Source: Negaprion brevirostris
Taxonomy: Eukaryota
Direction of reading: 5' to 3'
Assembly (NCBI GenBank): GCA_030324005.1
Contig: JARDVH010000110.1
Span: forward strand, 27,174,178-27,238,177
Length of the DNA: 64,000 nt
Made by a program: the position numbers and the translations under genes. The stretch's first letter is position 1, and each line of letters begins with the position of its first letter. The notes under the pieces were generated by a model that ran no database searches, was not told where the DNA came from, and worked only from the letters and a program-made list of their open reading frames with translations. Shown one piece after another: positions 13,015 to 25,700 of this stretch.

Positions 13015-13283
13015 ATTTATTAGTATCATACTGCAATGAAGTTGCTGTGAAAATCCCCTAATGTCTACCTAATTGGCACCTGTTCAGGCACATTGAGGAC
13101 GAATTTAGCATAGCCAATGCAGCTAACCAGCACATCTTTTAGACTGTGGGAGGAAACTAGAGCACCCGGAGGAAACCCACACAAACCCAGAAAGAACGTG
13201 TATAACCGCACAGACAGTGACCCAAGCCGGGAATCAAACCTGGGTCCCTGGCGCTGTGAGGCAGCAATGGTAACTACTGTGCC
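13015..13283 (-). mobile_element. V-SINE, tail type B
   Basis: Head GGCACAGTAGTTACCATTGCTGCCTCACAGCGCCAGGGACCCAGGTTTGATTCCC, then V-domain and tail B. Confidence 0.88.
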
Positions 13284-13288
13284 AAAGC

Positions 13289-13360
13289 ATACACACACAT
13301 GCATACACCCACATACACATACACGCATACACACGCATGCGTGCACACACACACACACAC
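13289..13360. repeat. Imperfect (CA)n microsatellite
   Basis: ACACACACATGCATACACCCACATACACAT...CACACACACAC. Confidence 0.85.
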
Positions 13361-14882
13361 GATTACAACTAATCAAGATCCTGCCCCCTCCATCCCCTTC
13401 TTTTAAAACAACTGAGTATTTGTCAGTTTCTGAATGCAGTCCTTTTGAAGAAAAAGCATAATTAAATATTAAGAAAATGTAGAATGCTGGAAGAATCAGT
13501 GTCAGTTCCTTTTTTTTCCAAATAATGACAGAGAAAATCACCATCATTGGTCAATCTCTAATTCTTTCCAATTCTACTTAACAGTGAAGTCAAATTAAGA
13601 TCCATTATAGTCAGAAGAACCCATTAATGTCAGCAGTGAACTCCCTCTCAATTATCAAACCAGCAAAGTAAAATTCAATTTAGGCAAAAGTGAGCTAGAT
13701 CATTTTGATCTAGGCTTCCTACCTGCCTAGTTCCTTAGATCCAAAGGGATATGTGTCCAATCATCTCAAAACATGTACAATATTGTTTCTACTTAGATCA
13801 GGAAGGACAGCTTTTCTCAATTAATTTATAATTGCCAATTATAATCACCTTAATTTATAATCACCTTTAATGGAATTTAAACTTAATGATCTTTGAGACT
13901 TTAAGACACATCTGTGGCTTCTTTGGTTGTCATTAGAAAATGCATGTTTTAGCAGAAACTAAAAAATGTTGTGTTGGAAATAGGTGGTTAACTTTTTTGA
14001 TTATTTTCATCCCTATGATTCGGCTGGTGCAACTTTTGCTCTTTGTTAACGACTGGATTCTGTGAGCAGATTGTTACCATACCTCTTACAGTAGCTGAGC
14101 TACTGTTTGGGGTCTGTGGTTAAAATGTTTACCAAACATCTTGACGGGAAGAAATATTCTCGAGAGTGACCATATCTGGGAACGACAATGGGCAAATTAC
14201 TGATGTAAATAAGTGCAATCAGCTCACAGCTTGTTATTGATAAAATTATTTCAAATACTGTATACAAGTCCAGGTTTATTCTTGCATGTGATAAAAATCT
14301 ATTATATCGACATCATTTTGTGAATGTAGTGTACATGGCATCAGCTGTACAGCAGCGTATATCCATATATCTGTGCAGTTAATGATAACTGTATGCCACA
14401 GATGAGAGGGATGATATTTAAACTATTGGTGTCTTAAAAATATTTATAATTAATGTCTGTACTTGCAAAAATATTGGTAAAATCCTTTTCATATTATAAG
14501 ATATAATTCAACCTATTGGTCTCACTGAATAGCCATTATTTGCTGTGAAACAATGGAAAATTTTAATTTAGCTGTACTTCCGTACATTTAAGATATACAT
14601 ATGGATTGAGGATATACATATCGACATATGTCCGCACACAATAAGTGCATGTATGTCGTTTAATTAAATGAAGCACTTGTGTTTAACTTGGACATAATTT
14701 AGCGCTTTCATATAATATTAACGGATTTTCGGTAACCAACCTCCCTGATCACTTGCAAATATAATTTCTGATAAACAAATCTGCATTTTTTAAAATCCCT
14801 TCAATATTTCCATTATACAACCAACGCGCGCTGATCGAGAACTCAGATCAAACGATTTTAATTTCGCATTTGATTTTCACAC

Positions 14883-14970
14883 AGGGGATTTTCACAGTAA
14901 GTTCATTGCAGTGTGAATGTAAGCCCACTTGTGACTAACAAATAAACTTATAAACTATAATAAAATAAAC
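14883..14970 (+). mobile_element. Isolated tail-B fragment
   Basis: AGGGGATTTTCACAGTAAGTTCATTGCAGTGTGAATGTAAGCCCACTTGTGAC plus an A-rich end, with no SINE body upstream. Confidence 0.8.
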
Positions 14971-17299
14971 TGTTTGAAAAGCTTAAGCGAAGTGTGTAAA
15001 AGTTTGACACCGAACTTATTTTAAACACAACCAAATGTCTGTTGCAGTCTTCAGGAAATTCAAACACAAATGGAGACAGACAGAAGATTGGTGATGCAAG
15101 ATAGATCGTCTAGTTATAGACAAGTAAATCACCGTTCTGTAAGCCAGCTCGCTGCTGAGTTGAAATAACATCGATGCAATAAATTGTATATATCGAATAT
15201 AATTTTCTGTAGTAGTGCCCGTAGTATTTGAATTCCTGATTTCAAAATGTTGTATTTTCTCGCCAAGAAAATAGTTTACCGTGCCATATATCTAAATAAG
15301 CTGCATATCGTTATTATTTCGATTTGGAAAACCTGGGAGAAGATTTGATTTCGAGTAAAGATATTTGCAAGTTACTGAAGACATGCATTTCGAAGACAGA
15401 ATATTTGCTGATTATTTTGTACGAATTTAACAAGTATGGGTCGGTTTTTAAAAAATAATCCACACATTGGACAGTAGCACCATAAAGACTCTCCTTTCAA
15501 CCTTTTATCAATTCGATCTCACATTTTAGTGGCTATTTTACCATTGTTGCTTACTTGGGGCTTTCAAGAACTTCTAAAGCCGTCAGTGGTTATGACTGGG
15601 TTATAAACAAAACTGGAGACCAAAAATTACAAAGGTGGTGATATTAAAAACGAATTTTAAAAAAGGAACACCTTTCTCTATATATACGAACGCTAAAACA
15701 CAAAGACGTGAACATACCTGCCTTCTAATGGATAACGGATCCCATTCAATACCGATTGTCGCATATTTTCAGATCAGCAAAAGAAAATGCTTCATTATTT
15801 AGACAGATGGATACAGTTTCTTGCACTTAAACCCAACGATATTACTGAAAACTGCGACTTTGCACAATCGACTTGAATCCCAGACCCCACGCTAAACGTG
15901 TTTAGGTGAATATTTTGCAACTGTCCAAAGTACACTTCAGATAAAACTAGCTCGCCGCTCGTTACGTTAAAAGTAAAACGTGGGATGGTGGGGGGTAAGG
16001 AAAGAGGAGAAATTGAAAAAAGGTTTAAGCCGGGCTGTAGGAGAAGATTGTTATTCCACAGAGCATTTTATTATTCCGCGGAGCATTGGGTCTGAACGAT
16101 TCTGAAGAATATCTGACTTCGTGTTAAAGTCAAGGCGGTTTAACGGTTAGAAATGCCTGAACCGATTTTCCCCTCTAACGGCATTGTTTCGCAATCCAAG
16201 TCTTTCCTTCTGCACAACTGCTATTTATTTAGCATAACACACGAGAAACAAGACTAAAAAAGATCATGCCCGTGCGTGCATTTAACCAGCGGGACTTGTT
16301 CAACATTTCCTACTTTTCTTTAAAAAAAAGCCATGCATGTTCAGAATTGAAACAGCGTTGCCATAATTGTGGTGTAAAAAAGCCGGATCTTATACTCGTA
16401 CACAACTGATTGTTCTATTTATATTTATGCGGCACGGCCTGACAAAATAATTAATTCGATTAAAAATGCGAGTTTAGTAAGGAAAAGCAGGGGAATATAC
16501 GAATGAGCGTGAAGCGAAGAAGCAGGGGATGAGTTATGTAAATATCTGTTCCACACGATCAAGACTCACAGGTTATTTGTCGAATCGTAAGTTAAGAAAT
16601 AAACTGCGAGCTGCCCCTTTCTTTTGATCAGCATCCCTGCAGCCTTGAAACGCTCAAACTATTCCAACTGAAATCCTATCATATCACTCACTGGACAATA
16701 ATTGCACCGTGAGATATCAGAATAGCGGTAGTGTTTATATCAGCGATTAAAAGCTTCTGACAGTCCACATCTTCTCAAACAATACAGATCACCTGTAAGC
16801 ACCTGTCTTCCAACTACACCAGGGCTGTTTAGAACAAGTCTAGTTCTTGCCATCTCGCAGCTTACAATGTGCCAGAGCCTAACTTTACCTTTATTTTGTA
16901 AAATGTTAACAGGAAGAGTAACATTTGATCTTGTTCTGCATTGTAGCTTTCTGTCTTACGAATTAATTGTGCAATGACCCCCCCTCTCGTGCCAGTTTGA
17001 ACTAATTGTGAATGTACATTTCCTTTCCCTAAGCTGTGATTTCCTGCAGCCTTTACTGGGTGCTGTTAAATAATTGACGTTCTTTTTGAAAATGTATGAC
17101 ATGTTGCTATTAGTTCGCTTTACTGTACTAATAAACGCTGTATCGGAATCCATTTAACGGCATGCAATTTTTTTTACATACAGGATGTTCAGTTTAAACC
17201 CTACTGGCAAGCTGGTGTTTTACAAGCGGTTACGCTGTGTTCTTTTTCTCTCTCTTTCTTGCTCGCTTTCTTTATTTTTTTGCCCATCCTTGATTTCAA

Positions 17300-17525
17300 A
17301 GCTGGGGCCGGGCTCTGGATTCAGCTCTGCCCGGGGGTTGGGGCGTGTTCGGCGGGGGCGGGTCGCTCCTTGGAGCCGGCCAAACTTTCCACCGCGTTCC
17401 CCAGGGAGATCGCCTTTGATGTCGCCGATCCTGGCGCCTACAAACAACCTCACTTGTCTGCCTTTTCACCCTGCTGACTAATCGTGACAGACTGTTTATC
17501 CACGCAATTAGCAAAGGCAGACAGT
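17300..17525. promoter_or_regulatory. GC/CpG-rich upstream element with GC boxes, a TCF/LEF site and BMP-Smad motifs
   Basis: GGGGCGGG/GGGCGTG boxes at ~17340-62, CTTTGATG 17414-21, TGGCGCC 17432-38, GTCTG 17456-60, CAATTAG 17505-11. Confidence 0.55.
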
Positions 17526-17829
17526 TCTCAGAACAGGTGGCTTCGGGCACAAAGGACCAAGTATTTACATCCATCCCTTACCCACATTTATTACTCTTTT
17601 AAATTATTTCACTTTTTTTTGCTGGGGCGCTTATTTTTCTCTCTCTCTGCCTATCTTCTGTTTTGTGTGTGTATGTGTGTGTCGGTGGTGGGGGGGAAGT
17701 GAGGGCTGTCTTCTCTTTTCACTTAATTAGCTGCATGTTTACAGTGAGATTAGAGCCCCGCAGTTATCACTAACCCATCGCAGCGAGTGGCCCATCTGAT
17801 TAAGGGACTAATTTCTTTAAAACGATCAT

Positions 17830-17935
17830 TTACTGCTATTGGCACTTCAGCCAGCCAATCCTCTTACCGAAACTGCAGCACCACCCGGCCAGACATCTCT
17901 GATTGGCTAAAAGTTTCGCCCCCTTGTAAAGTTTT
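17830..17935 (+). promoter_or_regulatory. msx2 proximal promoter with three CCAAT boxes
   Basis: ATTGG 17838-42, AGCCAATC (CCAAT 17855-59) and GATTGGCT (17901-08), 170-240 bp upstream of the ATG. No canonical TATA box; TSS not determinable. Confidence 0.65.
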
Positions 17936-18074
17936 TGCAACCTTTACTACAGTTCCAATGCCACTCTGACCCTTTAGTTGTAGAAGTTGCTCGCTTTGGT
18001 AAGGGATCACTTTCTCCAGGGTTGTAACTTGTGTGTGAGTTTTTTTGAGTGTGTATGCCTTTTTATCGTTCATC

Positions 18075-18456
18075 ATGATGTCTTCGCCACAAGGCTTAAC
18101 AGTGAAGGATAACAGCGTCTCTGACCCAGAGCTCCAGAGAGCTGCTGAAACTGCTCTGAGCGACCACAAAGTCCATGTGTCCAGCCTCCCCTTCAGCGTG
18201 GAAGCCTTGATGTCCGATCGCAAGCCCCACCGAGGCGCTTTGCCTCCTTCGGACGGAGCAGGCGGCAGCAGCGCCTCGCAAAGTCTGCCCCCCAAGTCGG
18301 TGGTCAGGGAATCGCAGAGCCCCCTCGACTCGTCCTGCCCGCTGCAACCGGGTTTTACAAAAACTTACGACGACTCGCCCGTGAAGTCTGAAAACTGCAA
18401 GGAAGAAGACTGTGTGCCCTGGGTCAAAAATTCAGCCTACTCGCCGCCTCCAAATA
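18075..18456 (+). CDS. msx2: Msx homeobox protein (msx2), coding exon 1
   Basis: ATGATG start at 18075. Encodes the eh1/Groucho-binding motif LPFSVEALMSD and the conserved PW...YSPPP segment. Ends at a phase-1 donor A|GTGAGT (18457). Confidence 0.93.
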
Positions 18457-19520
<1,064 letters not shown>

Positions 19521-19680
19521 AAAAAACAAAACAATTCTAGAAGACTTGAAACTTTCAAATATATTTGAAACGATGCCAGCGCTTTTAACATTGTTTTGAT
19601 CGCTGTCCCTTTGAAAGGGATATTATGTACTATTTTATATATATATGGAGATTTATTATTTCTTATACCTTATATTTGTG

Positions 19681-19761
19681 AATAAATTAAAGTAATTGTT
19701 GAATACTACGTTATACTGGTCCATCTAGTTTTCATTATTAAACCCCGGTACCGGAAATAAA
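19681..19761 (+). terminator. Candidate msx2 polyadenylation signals
   Basis: AATAAA at 19681-86 (overlapping an ATTAAA) and at 19756-61, 160-240 nt after the stop, following an AU-rich 3' UTR. Confidence 0.55.
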
Positions 19762-22700
19762 TATAACTGCATCTGATCTGAAAACAAACGCGTACTGGGA
19801 TGAGCGTATTCAGACCTTATCTGCCGGAAAGCCGAAATGCAGTTAAGCTTACCTAACTGGAGTGGAGACCAAATTGTTTCAAGGTAAAAGCCATTGGAGG
19901 TGCCTAACTCGTTGCAACATGGTCAACAGAATACATGAGAATTGTCCAGTATTCTATGCAGAAAGATAGTCCAGGAGTCGAGTTTACTAAATATTTAAGG
20001 TCTTCTACTTTTCCAATCCCACGCCAGTGCTTCCCCTCAAAAACTCTTTTGACAAAATTCTTGTCAGTTTTCTTGCGTGACCAGCTAAAGAAACAACATT
20101 TTATATATTTGGTGTTGTCAAGTTGAAAGTAATGTAATTTCCCCGACTATCAGCCATGTTTCAATATGATATAGTGCAGAAGGGTTTACCAATTCAACGC
20201 TGACTTGATTCAAATGTTAGTTGAATCTGGCTAGATTAATGAAACAGGTAGTTAACATAATGAAAACCTGATGAGGTCACATCTTGGATACTCTTTCCAT
20301 GCAGCATGTGAACGTGCATAGTACTCTGGAACTTGTAATTCTAACCCGCACGACCTTGGCTCGAATATGATAGTGGCTAGTCGAAGAAAATATGGAGCTG
20401 AAAAAAAATAATTATTTAACATCGAGTTTATTTGCCATGTATTGTAACTTGGAAGTATACGTAACACGGTTCTAAACATCAGGACGATTCCAACCGTTTC
20501 TGCCACATGGGACCTTTTCCGCCCTGTCTGTTAGTTCAACATTGATCACACTTTTCTCAGTCTATTAATCACACAATAGTGGGATGGACGATTTACTAGT
20601 TTTTTTTTTCATTATTGAGGTCAGATGTTAACATACTGTAGTGCAACTGCAAATAATTAATACATCTAGTTAAGTGGCATTTTCGGGCCTTTGCTTTAGA
20701 GTTTCTGCTGCATTATAATAGGCGATTGTACTATAGTTTTATGGGGACTATCAATACAGTTTATATGCTAGATCAAAAGTCAATGAAATTCAACGCCAAA
20801 TGACACATTACCCTTTACATCAGCACCTTCCATCAAATAGTTTTTGCTGTACAATGTCAAGGTGCACAACGATTTACAGCAACATATAATTCAATATTAA
20901 TTTTAACGTGTTTATCTATTTATGTGACAACAAAATATGGATAATTTTAACACAGCAGTAGAGACAACTACAGAATGCACAGGAGCGAGGGACATACCTG
21001 GTTTTGGAGCGGGGGGGGGGGGGGGACGATGATGGTTCATNNNNNNNNNNNNNNNNNNNNNNNNNNNNNNNNNNNNNNNNNNNNNNNNNNNNNNNNNNNN
21101 NNNNNNNNNNNNNNNNNNNNNNNNNNNNNNNNNNNNNNNNGATGAAGGGTCATATTAAAACCGTGTGAGTATAGCTATGAAAGTTTCTAAATTGGAACGT
21201 CAGCTTGAGAATTTTCTAGAAATAATTAAAGATCAAAATGATTTGGGCCATAAAGCAGAACAGTGTTTGTTGTGATAATTATAATTATTCAAACATCAAA
21301 GCTCTTTGATGGTAAACTAATAAGGAAATATGTTTTGCAAAATGATGTAAACAGCACCCAGTACCATCTGTCAATGGAGTGGATTACCTTTGAAGTCACA
21401 CCTCATAATTTAGAAAATTGAGAATATAATTTTAGTTTGCACTGGGAGCGTGGAATTGCATGAGAGAAGGAATGCTATTATTTTATTCGAGCTGATTGCT
21501 TTGGCTCCACTGTGGCTGTAGCTGGGGGCAAAGTAGAGCACCATACAGACATACTTTATTAGGTTCCTGTAACTCTTGAAAGGCCTTTTTATACTTTCTT
21601 TGATTTTGTCTATTGCTTTAAAAGGGCCCTTACTCTGTAATTACTGTGTAATATGAAAAGCATTATTTTAACTTTGCACAATTTCCACAGGCAACGCACC
21701 AATTAAGAATGTTTAATTACTGAGACTGGCCAAACACAAGGAAAGAGAATGCTAGTTTAAACCCAGTTTTCACGGGTGGATGCACTAATTAATACAGTGT
21801 CTGCCACTCCTGTGGATTTTTAATATTAAAAGACGATAGGGCGGAAGGTATTTAGAGGCAAACTCCTGCCGAAGTTTTTTATATATGATTTGGTTCATGC
21901 TGGTGGAACTCTCCTAGAGCCTTGTGTCTAAGCGTTCCTTTTGATGTAGCAGTTCTATTTAAGAATGTGTTCGCGGTTATCAATCACGCCAGCCGCCTCT
22001 TTAAAGACTGCCTTAATCTGATTTAATTGCTCATCTAGCGCCGGTCCCCCCTCAGGCTAGAGCCGCCTTGCTCAATTACACCCAAATACCAAGCAATCAA
22101 TAAATAAGTAATGACAACAAGTTTGAGGATTAGGTGGCTCCGAGGAATCGAACTGGAAAAGCTTACAAGGGGAGGGGGAAGAAGTCACGTTAGCGACACT
22201 CAGTGATTAAACATACACCACATCGACAGTGGGACGGCTGACAATCCTTGCATGTTCTTTCGGGACTCTTGCCAGCCTGTATAGTCTTGAAAAATAAGCA
22301 AACTACTGCGGGTGCATTTTCTTTAGTCCCTTTACTGTAACAGGCACTGTAAAATACAACATTTCATTTGTTCCACCTTAAGCCATGTGCACCTAATGGA
22401 ATCCCAATCTGAGCGTGCAGTTTATCGGCAAACTATTTATCAATGCGTTGGGCTTTTCTGCATCTATGACCAACGTCGAACCTTACAGCCATCAAGGCTG
22501 ATTGTGGAGAGGAGTCACGACATCATCGGTTTTAATACGGCGCGCATTACAATACACCTTTCCACCGAAATACCGCCGAGACGAAACAATTACAAAGATT
22601 TAGTCAAATGAAACAATGTCCTTTCGTTATGTCTGATTGTATATGGCGGTTTCATGTACATCCCAGTAAAGGCGGAGGTTGGGGGGGTGCAGAGTTGGGG

Positions 22701-25700
22701 AACAGATTTATCATCGCCCCCTCTGTAGTATCAACGTTCAGATACATCAATCTAATGCAGTTTTCATTTCTAATAAATGTACTTTCCAGCTGAGATGAGC
22801 TTGTCTGGCGAAACCGAGCTGATGTCAGTAGAGCTTGGTTCTTCCCACTCCGCCACCCCATCCCCCCTCACCCCTCCCCGACTCCCGATGAAACGTCTCC
22901 GTCTATTAGAAGAGAATATTTGCGCTTGGAAATGTCACTCAGTATCAATCACACACTGCAACTCTATACTCCGTCGGTTTGTTTACCCGTAAGATCTGTT
23001 AATCAGTGCTTGATTGCTTAATTCATGAGACATTGCTTGAGAAATAATGATTGAATTATACTGATTTTGCAATGCAGATTTCGCGTTGGAGTTCTCTCTG
23101 GCGCCGGATTCTCATCAGAACATTTAAAGGGAGTTCCCCACCGAGATTGTTCTTAATTACCCTTGTCACCTTACTTCCTGTTTGATACATATCTGCCATA
23201 ATGACAGTGCAAGAGTATCATATAAATTATATCCATCGCGTTTAGCTAAATATGATGGTCAATCGTATTTCCCCACATTTTAATTTTCAGCATCCTATTA
23301 ATGATATAGTCGAACCTCATAATATTCCACTGTCGGCTATTTAAAATCCCCGGAAGTTCATTTTAAAAGTTCAGTTTCCATGCTGCGTTGCTTTAGTGAC
23401 TAGATACTCAGCATCTATTAACATTTTCCAGGTTACTTTTTTTTGTTTCCTATACTTGTCATAAAAGACATTTCACCGTCTGATTTCAATACCACCCCCC
23501 CAAAAAAAAAATGTTTCATTGCATCCTTCCGAAAACTAAGCTGCACTCAAACTACTTACAAAATATAAATGAAACGTAAAAGGATAAACTTCAAGTGTTG
23601 GAGAAAATTGCGACCTGTTGTGTCTTTCTCACTCCATGAACTAAGCTTCTCTGAGGTGGGGGAATCAATGTGTGCAATAAACATGTGTATACATGTGTGT
23701 ATTAGTATGTGCGGCAACATTGAGGCTTGCAGCACATGCATTGCGAGAATGGTTCGCAGTTTTTTTTTGTTTTGGACCGTATCAGAACTGTTGTGGGTGT
23801 GCTAATCTCTGTGGAAAAAGTGTCCTGCCTGTTTGCTCTCGCCGCTTTCTCTGACCTGCCACCAATTTAGCTCACAGCTCCACAGGTCGCAGTACTGACG
23901 CCGAGGCGTTCGGGTGTATTTGAGAAATCAATACTCTTAGATTGCACGTTGAACATTAAAGACAACACTCTGGAGAACGGCGTGCCACCAAGTTAGACTA
24001 CAGCTCACCTTTAAAATTTCCTTCACAATAATCATGATATTTTAACTTTCAATTTCGGTTGAACATGTGACAGTAACTTTAGTTGGAGATAGTTGCACAA
24101 TCAGCGCCTACAACCACAAGCAGATCACCGCAAAAACATTGAGATGACTTTGCAAGGACAGTAACCGTAACCTTGTCCAAAACTCGACAGATATTTTATC
24201 TGCTTCAGTAAATCAATTGCCTAATCATCACAACTTGAAAGCTCTCTTTGGAACCGACTTTGTTCTCTGCAGCTTCCTTGAGTAGCATTTCAAAATACCC
24301 AACAAAACATTAAAAACATTTCCTCTTCCTCCACCATTTGCAACTAAGAATAGCATGGAGAAAAGCAGCGTTTTCTACCCTGCACACTGTAACGAAATAA
24401 CTCAGCGTGCTTTTCAAATTCTCAGTACTATTTATTTGGCAAACTTCTAGATCCTTTCCGAGTTACATTTACTTCCACGCTGACCAATGTAACTGTCAGT
24501 TGTCAATTAGGTTCCTCTAAAGTGAAATTCAACAATCGCTACGGATTGAGTGGGCAGTCAGTATCGTGTCTGTCCACAGATATAACCAACTTTCGGCTGC
24601 AATTCCAGCCCCAAATCAAACGAGACATCGGTGTAGATAAATACAGCGTGAAACTCAGTTCACTTCACGAACTGTTGACGGATTACCTTTTTAAACCAAG
24701 TCGTAGGTAGGTGTAGGTGTAATTGCCCTAATTAGTTACCCGGAATAAATCATCTCCATCTCTGGTGGCACAATCTTGGAACAGCGACTCCTCGCCAACT
24801 CAAGGAAATGGACTTGCTTAATGGGAATTAAAATGTTTAATTGACATTCCTTCACAACCGAGCTGCGTCAAGACATTACTTCTGTGCATGTCATCCGTTC
24901 TAAAGTGAAAATAGAACCGAATAGACAACGTGACCTCTCTGATAAAGTTATAACATTCCTGCTTCTGTTGGATAGTGCAGCAACAAATAAAAACTATCTC
25001 CCACTTTTCATATTTCTCCATTGAAATGTGAATTATTTGACCTACATTTACATGAAGTACCAATATGTGATCTACGAATGGAGGGGGTGGGGGGTGATGG
25101 TAATTGAAACCTTTAGCAAATCAAAAGGAATATTCTTAAAGGCAATTTTGCTACACAGGCATAAATTAATATTTAATGGACACAATTTGCAGAGAAAGCG
25201 CGATTGTTACTCAGCACATAAATAATATTTGTATATTGTTACTGTTCAAAGAACCTCCCGCTNNNNNNNNNNNNNNNNNNNNNNNNNNNNNNNNNNNNNN
25301 NNNNNNNNNNNNNNNNNNNNNNNNNNNNNNNNNNNNNNNNNNNNNNNNNNNNNNNNNNNNNNNNNNNNNNNNNNNNNNNNNNNNNNNNNNNNNNNNNNNN
25401 NNNNNNNNNNNNNNNNNNNNNNNNNNNNNNNNNNNNNNNNNTAATGTGAAATTAAAATGCTTTCTTTGTTACAAATTTCATTCGCTGTACATAATAACAC
25501 AACGGGCTAGCCATTTCCTTTGCCTTCAAAGCGATAACTCCGTGTTTGGACAGAACTGGAGAAACCTTTAGGTCGAATCACTCCTTGAAAACATAACTAG
25601 CAATTCGGAGCAATTCCAAAACGAAGTAATGAATAAAGTTTGCATTACATAGAACAGTGCCGGTGCTATCTAGTTAAATATGAGCCGGTACGTATCGACA

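Noticed and set aside
17864-18347. Antisense ORFs over exon 1
   Set aside because: Shadows of a GC-rich coding exon; no recognisable protein.
24750-24772. CTCF-like CCACCAGAG motif
   Set aside because: Only half of the core matches; the GGC part is absent.
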